A stretch of DNA of 62,571 nt, counting the filler, from Gonapodya sp. JEL0774 (Eukaryota): assembly GCA_027604505.1 (NCBI GenBank). It is 25 parts of 25 records of this genome, joined end to end, with 100 filler letters (N's around TTAATTAATTAA, not from the genome) between each part and the next. Parts side by side here need not be neighbours in the genome. Positions count along the whole stretch, not along the records: positions 12,643 to 15,056 come from JADIIX010001936.1; positions 15,157 to 17,567 come from JADIIX010001937.1; positions 17,668 to 20,077 come from JADIIX010001938.1; positions 20,178 to 22,586 come from JADIIX010001939.1; positions 22,687 to 25,095 come from JADIIX010001940.1; 20 more parts are not named here. One strand, written 5' to 3'. This document shows positions 12,643 to 24,749 of this stretch, one piece after another (position 1 is the stretch's first letter; every line of letters begins with the position of its first letter). The translations under genes and the position numbers were made by a program. Below the pieces are notes generated by a model. The model saw only the letters and a list, made by a program, of their open reading frames with translations. It had not been told where the DNA came from and ran no database searches.

Positions 12643-13929
12643 GAGATGTGGGGCTGGTGTGGTTTGAATATTGAGAGGGTAAACAGTGACACTACCAAGT
12701 AAGAACCTTTTTCAGCTGCTGTCCAAGATTGAAACTCTTTTGATTACTTTGTCGTCATTGTTCCATCCCAGCGCTTTCCTTTTCGAGTCTGCAAGCACAA
12801 ACACAAAGGTGACACGTGCCGGTAGCCCATTGCTCACGGATATTCCCGTCCCCGATTCAACCTCGGGGGATGTAACTCCATCGGTTACCGCAGTGATCAG
12901 CGTAAAAGGGACCACTGATAAGAATCCTCTGGAAGAGGACGTCAAAGACGTTTGCCAACTTGGGGGTGTGTTGGGTCAAGGATTAGCTATGATAAACAGC
13001 AATGGAGGGCCTCAACGTGAAATCCCAGAGAAGCAAGGTACGTTAGTTATGTTCATTAGTTCACTGGCAAACCAGCTCCTACCAGTCTTTTGGGGTTTAG
13101 ATGCAGAGAGTTCCTCGCCGCTTATTCAACGGGCTTTGCTGTTTGGGAGGCTCGTCCTGAAACGTGCTCAAACGTTGCTGTCACAAATTGACGCTAAGAC
13201 TTTGGCAGAGCTTAGATTGTATAAGAAGCTGCCGGCCCTGGTGCACACTGTTATAAAATGCATTATGCTTGTGTTTGGTAAGTAATTGGAGGACGTGAAA
13301 GGATGGGGAGAGACTGGGAAGGTAAGAGCTCTGTTTGACAAGGTGCTACAGAGTGTTTTTGTTTAAAGATCCACTTTTAATTTGTGATACTCAGCTGCTG
13401 ACTGTTGATTTTCTTGAGTCGTTGCCAGCTTATGATCCTACGGCTGTACAAAAGAAGAAGAGATTTGAGCAAGTGAGAAAACTTCTGATATGTGGGTACA
13501 ATCCCACATTTTGAATAACTCACCTGCGTAATTGATGGTGATCGTTGGTTTATTGTCAGCGATGAAGACAGATGATGTCCGCCACCACGCCTTGCTTCCA
13601 ACGCAGCTTATGCACAATTGGTTAGTAGTGTCTCTTGCATTGAGGGACAAGGCTGTCAAGGAACGGAAGCGAATGAAGGAATCTCAATCGTTAGGAGCAT
13701 TGGGATCGGAATTGGATGACACCGAGGAGGAAGAGGGTCCTTTGCACGACGAATTTGGGGAGGAATTAGACTACAAGAACCAAGAGCCTGTTGGATCTGT
13801 TAGAGATACCCGTGTTACGAATCAAAATGCTGGCGTTCAGATGATGGATTTCATAGTTTCTCTTTATCCTTCTTGTGCACTATAATTGTGAAGGAACTGT
13901 TTGACCTCGTTCAACCTTTCCTCCATTAA
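12643..13929 (+). CDS. Hypothetical alpha-helical protein with acidic C-terminal region, 5' truncated
   Basis: Long open exons 12717-13277 and about 13560-13853 with splice sites; ends ELFDLVQPFLH*; family not recognised (ARM/importin-like appearance only). Confidence 0.5.
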
Positions 13930-14238
13930 GTACTCTCCAAGTCATAGTAACACATGAGAATGGCGGCAAAGCGCGGAAGCACCCACTTGTTCAAAATGCA
14001 CCTTCGTTTGCAGAACTCACCGACTATGCCGCCAGAGAAAATGAACCAGCAATGCCTGACTCAAAACACTCCTTGCCTCAATTGCGCACGTGCGGAATTA
14101 CCCATAATTTAGAATCTCTTGTGAAAGCGGGAGATTTCTCGATCTCCTCGATGAAGGGAGCTGTGCCTCTTTGGGATCCACAGTCACCAACCCACCGTTT
14201 CTCTTTCACCCCTTCGATTCGTACTGGAACCTTCAACG

Positions 14239-15056
14239 AGTTGGTGTTACCGCGATTGCCTCGAAGTCTTATTGATGGTGCACTCAACAGAACCCCCGAT
14301 CGCTGCTGCTGGTCTTCCCTCCCGCATTAGTGTCCTCTACCAACGGTGCAGCAAAACCCAAAGGCCGAGTCTGCCTTGCGTACTCCGGAGGCCTGGACAC
14401 ATCTTGTATTCTCGCATGGCTCATTGATGAGGTGATTTCTTTTTCTTTCGTGCTGTCATCGTGCTGCTGTACTCAGACGTTGGAGACCCCTCCCCTTTGC
14501 TGAATGGTGTCCCACTTTGTTCCTACCGTACGTAGGGCTACGAGGTTGTCGCTTACATGGCTAACATTGGACAGGAAGAGGATTTTGAGGCTGCCAGGGC
14601 TAAGGCACTGAAGATTGGAGCGAAAGCCGTTCATATCGAGGTGCGGTGACTCACAGCAATAGTGGCTGGTTCAGCTTCCCTCACACGAGCTGGACTGATT
14701 GTTTCCCTTAAATATATTCAGGATGTACGAAAAGAGTTTGTTGACGAGACCATCTACGCCGCCGTCTCCGCCAATGCCATGTACGAGGTACGGATCTCCT
14801 GCGTGCTCCTTTCATTCGATCTTCCTTCAAACATTGCCCAATCCCCGATTCTCCAGAACATCTACCTCTTAGGAACTTCCCTTGCCCGTCCTATTATTGC
14901 CCGCAGCCAGATTGAAGTCGCGAAACGTGAAGGGTGCGACTATGTTTCCCACGGTTGCACTGGAAAGGGAAACGACCAGGTCCGGTTCGAAATTTCCTAC
15001 TACGCTCTTATGCCCTCGATCAAGTGCATTGTTCCTTGGAGGATCCCTGGTGGGTG
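14239..15056 (+). CDS. ARG1: Argininosuccinate synthase, 3' truncated
   Basis: [49 protein letters not shown] motifs; the start codon appears to be split by an intron (A14239 + TG14331-2). Confidence 0.97.
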
Positions 15057-15156
15057 NNNNNNNNNNNNNNNNNNNNNNNNNNNNNNNNNNNNNNNNNNNN
15101 TTAATTAATTAANNNNNNNNNNNNNNNNNNNNNNNNNNNNNNNNNNNNNNNNNNNN

Positions 15157-16833
15157 TTGATACGAGGAGAAGCTCGAGAGGAAGGATGTGCAGCAGCGAA
15201 CAATGTGGCGTGGGTCACTGAAGGAGTATTGTTAGCAACAGAGGATGAAGGGGCATTCGGGTGATTCTGCGGACTTGGCTTCGGTGGAGGTTGCTCGATG
15301 GTTGGCGATTCCGCTGAGGTGGTGGGAACCGCAACAGAAGTCGATCCTTGATCACTTTGCAGTGATATCGCAGTGATTTTGACACTCGCCGACCCAGCCG
15401 ACCCAGCTGGCGATGGCGGCGCCTTGGGTACTTTTGCCTTTGCAACACCGGAAGTCAAGGCATCCGCCGTAAACCACGAAGCGAGCTGCGCACTATTCAA
15501 CTTCTTGGCTGCTTTGGAGTCGTTCCATGACGGTGCAGTGCGCTTCAGCAGCGACGATGCACCGGCAAGGGTGGAGAGGAATCCTTGGGCCGTGGTTGGT
15601 GCGGGAACCGCAGGTGTGTTTGGGATGTGAGAAGGTGGGATTACGTATGGGACGTGCGAGTTAGGGGAGGCGGATACGGAGGGTCGAGTCAAAGGAATCG
15701 GTGCTCGAGAGGGTAGGCCTGGGTGAGTAGGTTGGGACATTCGCGGTGGGGACGGGAGATGGCCGTTTGCGGTGGATACATCGGGAGAGTGAGAGTTTGG
15801 GGCCCAGATACGCTGTACGGAGGGATTCACGGGAGACGAATAGCTTGGGAGGGGGGGTGAGCTCGGGGAAGTCGGTGAGGAAGTGGCGGGAGTCGGTAGA
15901 GCTTGTGAGTAAACGGCCGAATGATTAAGCCATCCATGAGTGGGTAGCAAAAGGTGGACTACAAACATGCAAGCGATCCATCAGTGAAATGCGATTTTTG
16001 AGATTCGCTGGACTCTTTGGAAAATACGGTTGCCTTGAGGTCCAAGCTCTGAGGTGTGAAGAGTGAGCCAAGCAAGGACCAGGAAAGCTAGGGTGAGAAA
16101 ATAAGGTTACATCTTTGGCACTTGGTTCAGAAGCTCACCGTCTCAACTGTTGGGCCATGAGACGAAGACATGGGCTTGTCACCTGAAAATGGTGCACGGA
16201 CCAGCAGGTGAGTATGAAAACGGCCGAGGTTGCCGGGAAAGGTGTCGAGGGCGAACCATCGTCAAGCTCAGCTCTCAAAATGTCTTTCTCTGTATCAGAG
16301 ATAATGTGGTGCACCGAGCGTTGGACGCGAGCGGTGGCAAGGTGTCCCGTTAGCCTACGCGGCCTGTTCTTGATTCCACAACAGAGTAGATGCACCCCCT
16401 TGAACCCAGGCTCCTGATACTCACGTAAATCTTCTCGTTTTTGGGCGTGTAAAGAACGTTGGTGCGTTTGTGCAAGCGTTGGGAGCGATTGGGGACCACT
16501 TTCTGACTCCATTGGCGTCCCGGTTGCTTTGCCGCCGGCGTGGTCGCCGTTCTCGCACTCCGGGTCGATGCGGGCCTTCTGCACTCCGGGAATCATATTT
16601 CCAGATGGAAGAGAGACGGTCAGCGGTCGATCCCACCAGTGGAGCGCCGGCAGGGTGGACGCCACACCCCCGGCAAACCATCAACCTCCCGGCAAGCTAC
16701 CGACATTCCGCTTCCGGCGAATCCTCACCTTGAAAAGAGCTCCCGCTTCTGCAACTACTCGTGACAGCGATAGCAGCGAATCTAGCGTCTCCTCGTCGGA
16801 GCCGGATTCAGCACGTCGCTTTTTGGTTTCCAT
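15157..16833 (-). CDS. Hypothetical protein with Pro/Ser-rich C-terminal region, 3' truncated
   Basis: METKKRRAESGSDEETLDSLLSLSRVVAEAGALFK followed by a GTGAGG donor; downstream exons and a long low-complexity ORF to the contig end. Confidence 0.5.
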
Positions 16834-17667
16834 CTTTCCTTCTCGATTGCGGCCGCCGGTTGCCGTCGCCTTGGCTGCAGTGTGCAAGAGCGCAGTCCCA
16901 AAGACAAAGATTATAGCGAAGAGTTAACGGGCAGTAAGGCCCGGATGCTTGAAGCCAAGCGGTTTCGTTCTCCTTGGAAGAACTGCGGGGCCTTTGGAGC
17001 TTGAAGCTGCGCCTCCTTTCCATTGCCAAACCGCCCGGGCCACCAGCAGAAAAATCCTTCCATAACGCCGATCACAGTTTCTTTACCGGAAAACCTTTGT
17101 GCTTCAGAGGTAGTCAGAGATTTTGTGATAGGTATTTGCCTGGGCTCAGTGCTGGGATATAAGCACTTGGCGCCGAGTCCGAGTTCACCGTAACTAGATG
17201 GGAGAATCGGTATTCTCAAAAACTTTTTTTGGATATCTGATGTTCCTACGCAGGATCGGGCCTAGAGCGCTTCACAAACGCGGGTTCAATCTAACCACCA
17301 ATGCCTCTGATACATGCACACTGTCCTTTCGAATCAACGGTGATTCAAAAAGTGCCTGAAGAAGCTGTTCGAAGAACTGTTGATAAAAATGCCTAAAAGT
17401 CAGCTCGTCACGTCAAGCGCTCCGCCGAAAAACATGATCATCTCTCGGCACGGCAGGGATAGGCAACCAATGCTGTGCACGTCGAACTTCCGATAGCTGC
17501 AGCCACGAAACCGCCCTTTCAAAGCAACTCACATAGCTTATTTCCGGAGATTCCCAAAGGTCGTTGGNNNNNNNNNNNNNNNNNNNNNNNNNNNNNNNNN
17601 NNNNNNNNNNNTTAATTAATTAANNNNNNNNNNNNNNNNNNNNNNNNNNNNNNNNNNNNNNNNNNNN

Positions 17668-19118
17668 GCAGCTCTCCAAGACGTCGAGCAAGAAACCTTA
17701 CCAGGTGTCATTCTCGGTCACAAGAATGTGCCTATTGATACGGTCGGAGCATACGTTCCTGGGGGCAAGTGAGTTTGAAGCTGTATATTTCTAAAGTCAA
17801 GTGGCTAATTTTTACGTATGAACAACAGATACCCTTTAGTTGCCTCTGCCCATATGGCAATAGTGACCGCAAAGGTTGCTGGAGTGCGAAAGGTCATTGC
17901 GGCGACCCCTCCGTGGAATGGAAAACCAAGCCCTGCAGTGGTAGTCGCGAGTGAGTGGCGCTCAGTAGAGTGATGTAAACCGACCTATCCCAAATTTGTG
18001 TTCTCTGTTAAGTGTCACTTGCCGGAGCTGATGAAATTTACATACTTGGTGGAGTTCAGGTGCCATCTCCGCTCCAACGATCCATATCAGAAGTTGGAAC
18101 TATCTTACCATTCTTGCGTAGGCAATCGCTGCTCTCTCTCTGGGCATAATCACACCGAAGGTGGACTTTCTCGTTGGTCCGGGAAACGCTTTCGTTGCTG
18201 AAGCGAAGCGACAAGTTTTTGGTCGCGTTGGGATCGATCTTCTTGCCGGTCCCACAGAGACTCTCGTTATTGCCGACGAGCATGGCGCAGATGCTGAGCT
18301 ATGCGCCACCGATCTCTTGGGTCAAGCGGAGCACGGTCCGACCAGCCCGGCAGTGCTTCTGACCAGTTCCGACGAGCTTGCTCACAGAACGATAAAGGAG
18401 GTTGAAAGGTTACTGCAGATCTTACCCACAGGGGAGGTAGCTGGAAAAGCGTGGAGAGACTTTGGACAGGTTATTGTCTGCGATACTGAGGAAGAGATGG
18501 TAGCTGAGGCTGACCGGATTGCAAGTGAGTGAAACTAAGCGAACTTTGCTTGACAATCATTCTGAATATGAATAAATAGGCGAACACGTGCAAGTCATGA
18601 CGAAAAATCCAGATTACTTCCTGCAAAACATGAGCAACTAGTGAGTCGCTGGAGTTGAGCACATTTTAATTAGCGGCTTCGAAGTAACAAGCCTTCCAGT
18701 GGCGCTCTTTTCTTGGGCTCTCGAACAAACGTCTCGTACGGTGACAAGGTTCGAGACAGTTCTCACAACTTAGTGCGCGGTGATATTCTAATCGCTGGGT
18801 TTCAATGTGTTTACCACTTCCCTCATTTGCATTTGCCCACATTCTTGCCTTAACTTTCTTTAGGTGATTGGGACAAATCACACGCTGCCCACTCTGACGT
18901 CAGCGCGTTACACGGGTGGGCTTTGGGTCGGAAAGTTTATTAAGACAGTGACGTATCAGAAAATTCTCACCGACGAAGCAAGTGCCATGATCGGTAAGTA
19001 TTGCTCAAGGCTGTGTGCCTTGGAAGGGTTTGTTGGTCACGGGGAACAAGCGAACGTGAGAGTCAGAAGGTTCGGAGGGGTGGAGGTACCCTACGGAGGG
19101 GCAGCAGAGGCTGAATGA
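17668..19118 (+). CDS. Histidinol-dehydrogenase-family homologue of bacterial HisD-paralogue type, 5' truncated, 6 introns
   Basis: [76 protein letters not shown]...[13 protein letters not shown]...[13 protein letters not shown]. Confidence 0.92.
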
Positions 19119-19224
19119 AAACAGCCTTTCTTGATACTGTATTGTTCGATATAGTTTCTGCATATACCGGAGCTTGAGATGAGAATGCAGCTGCCATTGC
19201 ATTGCGCACGATAGAGTGTGTAAG

Positions 19225-20077
19225 ATGCACACGCCTCCAATAAATATCCCAAAGTCTATTCCGGTTCGATCAAAACCCTCGATCGTTGAACTTCCTTCAA
19301 AACTATGCGCGATCCTGCCCGACTGCATCTCCCGGTCGGTGCGCGACAGCAAGCTCATCCTGGGCAACCTCTCCTCCCCTTACTCCCTCCGCTTCCAGAA
19401 CGAATCATCGACTGGGCAGAGTCGCTGAGACTCGGGCACTCTAGCATCGTGGACTCGGAGGTGTTGGGTACCTCAAACCTTCAAATCTCAACTTCAGATG
19501 CAGAACAGTGAGTCGACGCATCCCACATTCATCGTCGAACCCACCTCAGAGCAGCTGCTTTCCGATCCCATTTGCAGAGCTTGTAAACATGATTTAGTTC
19601 CGGTTTTCGAGTTCCTGGTCGGTCGAGTGAAGCGGAGACAGTAAGAGATATCGTTGTTAACCCAACTCGACTTGCAATTGACACGCCTGACTTGTTTTTG
19701 CATTTATTTAAGAGACGCACAAAACATTAGGAGAAGACTTGATGAGGCATTGTGAGTATGACGTTGCCAGTTTGTGTTTCTCATGAGCTTTGGACGATTA
19801 CATTCCGGTACAGGCAGAATCCGGAGATTGGCCGACTCCCAGCTTTCAAGCGATATGGAGACCGGCGTCGCAGCCAAAATCATGACGCCAGCAAGAAAAC
19901 TCAACGGGAGAAGGAGATTTCTTTGGATGTTGCTTCTCGCATTCGTGATCTGAGGATGGAGCGACAGAGATGTGCAGAAACGAGCTCAAAGATGGTAGCT
20001 GCAGGTGAGAGGAACAATATCTATCTTCGGAGATTGTCAACTGGATTCAGTTAGCTTGCAGAAAACAAGATTTCAAC
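19225..20077 (+). pseudogene. Probable degenerate F-box-like gene
   Basis: An F-box-like N-terminus (SIVELPSKLCAIL) followed by repeated in-frame stops and fragmentary ORFs. Confidence 0.3.
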
Positions 20078-20177
20078 NNNNNNNNNNNNNNNNNNNNNNN
20101 NNNNNNNNNNNNNNNNNNNNNTTAATTAATTAANNNNNNNNNNNNNNNNNNNNNNNNNNNNNNNNNNNNNNNNNNNN

Positions 20178-20558
20178 TGAGAGTGATGTGAGTTTCGTTG
20201 TTTGAAGTTGTTGCAGGGACCTTGGAACGGTTGTGGGACCTCACAACGGACACTCTGACGTCACACTGACAGATCCAACGAGAATAAGCCCGTGACTAAT
20301 TCCCGGGATACTCAAGAGCTACCACCCGATATCGGCCGGGAAATGCTCAAAATATTCGTCGAGTATAGACATTCGACGTGCATCTTAGATGATTGGGCAT
20401 GGCACGAACAGAAGGAGAACGAAAAGAAGGGCGAGGGCTCAAATGGGAATGGGAGCATCAACGGGACTGGAAGTGGGAACGCAGCAGGAGACGGAACGGG
20501 AATCGGGGTCATTGGAAGCCGGGGTGGTTCGACGGTATCTGCGGGTTCGAGATGGTAG
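20178..20558 (+). CDS. C-terminal exon(s) of an unknown protein with a Gly/Asn-rich tail
   Basis: ELPPDIGREMLKIFVEYRHSTCILDDWAW...GSNGNGSINGTGSG...RW*. Confidence 0.45.
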
Positions 20559-21197
20559 CATTCACGGTGGAGCGATGAAAATGCGGGAACGCGCGAGTAG
20601 AAACACGAGAACTGCTCGGCAGACCTTGACATTTAGACGCAGCGAGGGAAGGGACAGAGACTGAGGCCAGCTGACGAAACAAGTGCCGTTTGAGCCGGGA
20701 CCACAGATCACGTGAACATGAAACTCCATGAGAATTCACGAGGCATATTCTTTGGGACATAAGATTAAGTTACCGACTAGTGATCATGTGGTTTACCATG
20801 AAATGGAAGTAATAGTAGCTGCCTGCGAGCGCGTTGGCTGTTGGAATCATTGGTACGGGCAAGGCATACCACACGTTACACAAATCTCCGACGAATTTCC
20901 ATCAACTTCAATTTGGGCTTTGGAAGAGATCCATGCTGACCTTGGCGTTACTGGTCACTTATGTAGTCTAATATCTGAATTTGAAAGAACAGTCACTGTT
21001 CTCACGTTCCCAGTTTCTATTTGTAATAGTGACGACTTGAATTATCACCGAACAGTAGATTCAGGGTCGGTGAGCACGTCAAATGCCTGATAAAGACCTG
21101 GCGATTCCGTCTCTTCTTGGCAAGGGTTCATCTCCTCCAACTTCCAGGACTAAAGTTGTAAACACTATTGAGGACCTACAATCGGGTGCCACCAGCA

Positions 21198-22586
21198 ATG
21201 AACGGTCATGATAATTCCGTGATCGTGGTCTCTTGCCTTGCTGTCCTCACCACGCTGATCGGGGTCTCCGCTGGGGCGAGCTCGCAATGCGATTCAACTG
21301 CCTCTTGGACCACCATCAGTGTGACCGACAACTACCGATTCGGCTGGAATCTCAGAGAAGCAGATGGATACATTGACTTTATGATATATAATAATTTGAC
21401 GGGTGAGCAGAATCCCTCCACGTTGCTTATCAGTCATTCAGAAAGTGCCGATTCAATCCCGATCCTCCCTAGGTTGGGCAGGATTTGGTCTTACTCGCAA
21501 TGGCACCTCGACCATGGAAACGATAGACGCGTATCTTTATGAGCCTGGTTCGAACGCCACTGTGAAGGTCGGTGATAGGTAAGCCTAAATCTCCGATGCA
21601 TTTTCCCATGAAAGAGGAGGAATAATCAGTCTCCATCGACATATCTCGCGGTTTCTAAAACACAGGAAGTCATACGCAAGAGCCAAACCTTCACTGGATA
21701 CCGACATCGGAGGGACGAGTTGCATTGAAGACTTCCGAGATGTCACCGCATATCAAACAGAGAGATGGAACTCCGTTGTACGATTCAGCAGGTCAGACTT
21801 CAACATCTCATATGTGCCGATTGAAAATAATTCCAGTGCGATTTCGGCTTTCTAAAGTCTCATTCTTGTTTCATGCCTCATGCCTCATCCCACCAAGAGC
21901 TCTCAACACGAACGACTCCATGGACCTAGTAATCGGACCCGGTATTATTACCATTGCATTTGCGTGGTCAGGATCCGCTAAGAGCACAGCTTCGTATCAT
22001 GGCTCGACTTCTCGCCTAAAAATGCAGTTGGACTTTTACAAAAATCGAACAGGAACTGGAACAAGCGGGGGATCTCTCGCTTGTACGTGTGGTTACTTCG
22101 AAGATGTCACATGTTGCATAACTTCACCTGTTGCTCACTTGTTTTGGCGTATCTGCACACATTCAATAGCGCACTCGGACGAGCGAATCCGATCTCTTGA
22201 AGGTCTACATGGAGTCCTGATGATCATTTGCTTCGTGTTTCTATTCCCCATCGGTATCTATGCCGCTATATTCTACGATCAATTTCAGGACTGGTTGTCG
22301 TTACACAAGGAAATATGTAAGCGCACGACGCGCCACGGTTGTTAGGCCGGTCTTGCAAACCTTGACTCTCTACTGTGTAATGCTCGGCTGTTACCGCCAT
22401 CCAGTTGGATTGTAAGTAGCACATTCGCCAGGAAGCCCCCATCGTGACACAATAATCTCATGGAATCCTCCAGTGTTTCCACCGAAGTCGTTTTAAGTTT
22501 CGTGATTGCGACAATTGGTTCGTTCGCGTATCAAGATACCGCCCTCATACACGTTGCACTCGGTGAGTTAATTATGTCACTCAAAA
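21198..22586 (+). CDS. Signal peptide + DOMON domain + cytochrome b561 (N-terminal part), 3' truncated
   Basis: Signal peptide MNGHDNSVIVVSCLAVLTTLIGVSAG; DOMON motifs GWAGFG...M, P.LD.D.GG, VRFSRALNTNDSMD, IAFAWS...YHG; b561 helices with LHGVLM, LHKEI, IHVALG. Confidence 0.88.
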
Positions 22587-22686
22587 NNNNNNNNNNNNNN
22601 NNNNNNNNNNNNNNNNNNNNNNNNNNNNNNTTAATTAATTAANNNNNNNNNNNNNNNNNNNNNNNNNNNNNNNNNNNNNNNNNNNN

Positions 22687-24749
22687 GAACCATCAAAGGA
22701 AGTCCTCCGGAAGGAAGGACTCTGGACACACCTCTGGAGAAGACGAACTTGGTTTTGAGTCTGCCCTTGTTCCAGGGCCTGGTGAGCTGAAGGTCGAACT
22801 GTTGGAGCAGCACCCGAAAGCATCTCCAGAGCTGGCACCTCACATCATGGACGAGTCTTCTGCTTTCTCTTCCACGGAAGTACCCCCGGCGTATACAAAG
22901 AGCTCTAAGAAGCCCCCAGCGTTGTCTTTGCCCCTTCATCACCTCTCAGCCGTCCGGGCTGCCGCAGCACCGTACCCGGCACCACCCCCTTCTATGCTTC
23001 CGTCCGCACCTTCACCTGAACACATTGACATGGCGACCGGGGAAGAGTTTGCTGATGCTGAAGAGGACATGGAGTTTCCAGAAAGTGGCAAGGGGCCCCG
23101 AAGATGTTCCTACTGCGGCAGTTTGAGTACCCCAATGGTGTGGTTTGCAAAAGACTCTGCTGTGCTCAAATTTGTTCTCATTGATTCTTAAACTCTTTTA
23201 GTGGCGCCATGGACCCGCACCGTACGATACCCTTTGCAACTCCTGTGGTGTCAAATGGCGCCGAGGGAAGATACTGCCTGAACTTCCTCACGGGCGATAC
23301 CGACCAGCCACCGGTACAAAATATAGCCGCAGAGGATCTGCAACATCAGAACCGCGACGGAGAGGAAGCAGCAAGACTAGCGTGGATTTGGACGCGCTCG
23401 GTTTGGACGACGGAGCGGAAGAGGAAGTGGAGGTGTGGGTCAGAGGAAAGCTGCAAAGAAAGCGAAGTGAGAGAACTGTTTCCGCGGAAACATCGCCGGT
23501 GAGGGGTGCGGGATTGGGGGACTCGATCCTTGTGACTCCACTTGTCCCCCCCGGCACGTCTGTTCTCCCTCCAGCACAAGAGGTGGATCTGCGGACCCCA
23601 CGACCGCTACTCGCACTACCTGTTCAGAGTCGGAAGTCTGAGAATACCAAGGAGCGCACAGATATTCTCCCACAAGTCAAGATGGTGGCTGATCCAATGG
23701 ACGCCGATGACGAAGAGGACGAACTCGATCCAACGGCACCTAGATTCTCTCCCATATCACCCACGGTGCCCCTTGCACCCCTCTTGGCAGCCACACTCTC
23801 ACCCTCTCGCTCCCCGGCACAGGGCGGGATTCTTGCCCGACAAGGCTCGGGAGGGGTGGCCCGGGACGTGGCGTCAACGATTGCTTCCGGAATGCATGTG
23901 AAGTTCGTAGAACCTGTGACTGACGGATCGGTGCGCAGTGGGGGTTCGGAGACGGGCAAAAGACGCAGGAGCAGGAGTGCAACACCGGTCGTGGAGGAAG
24001 ATTTGCGACGTGCACCCCTTGCTGGAGCCCCTCTGAGTCAACCAACCGCAGAGGTTTCGTCGCCGGCTTTGGTGTTTTCTGACCCAATCGAAGATGACAT
24101 GATCTTCGAGTTTGGCGCTGAGAATCGTCCACTGCCCATGCAGCCAGTTGCGTCGGGTGCGATTGACAGTCAGAGAAGCACAACCCCTGTCGATACGTTA
24201 GCGGGACTGCCAGTGATGCCCATAGAGTTCCGTGATGTGGACAGCCGTGCAATGACATCCATACCACTTGTCGAAACGTTGCAAAACGCCCCTTCGCCAA
24301 ATAGATCAGCGCCAGAAACGGCCTTATTCGCAGTTGTTTCGCCAGAGAATCAGATGGACGTGGATGTGGAAAAGAACTTGGAACTCGCACCTCCTCTACC
24401 GGGGCAGAGTCAACCACAGTCGCGTCTGTTGTCTGCGACGTCGTTGATACCACATTCATCTCAGCACCCATCGATCGCTGATCGCACCTCGCTTTTAGCG
24501 TACCGTCTCTCTCATCTTCCTCCTCCCCTTCTACCATCTGTCGTAAGTGTGCTCGCTCGCTACATGACCACAGCTCAGAAAGAGTCATTTGAAATGGGCG
24601 GGGAAGTCGAGATTGATGTGGAAAGGATCGGGTGGAGCGCGTGGGAGGAAGTGGAAAGAGTTGTAGGGGTGGTGGGACATGATGGACGTTGGACTGGAGT
24701 GGAAGTTGAAGGTCAGGAATCTTCTATGGACGGGGTTGTGGGTGTGTAA
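22687..24749 (+). CDS. GATA-type zinc-finger transcription factor, 5' truncated
   Basis: CSYCGSLSTPM|WRHGPAPYDTLCNSCGVKWRRGK across a GT-AG intron, followed by a long open exon ending at 24749. Confidence 0.9.

Noticed and set aside
17668..19118. Calling the dehydrogenase HIS4/hisD or hpsN
   Set aside because: The motifs differ from canonical HisD and from HpsN as I recall it; the 5' end is missing and the substrate cannot be assigned from sequence.
23740..24588. 282-aa minus-strand ORF
   Set aside because: Antisense to the GATA factor's long exon, with no protein-like motifs.
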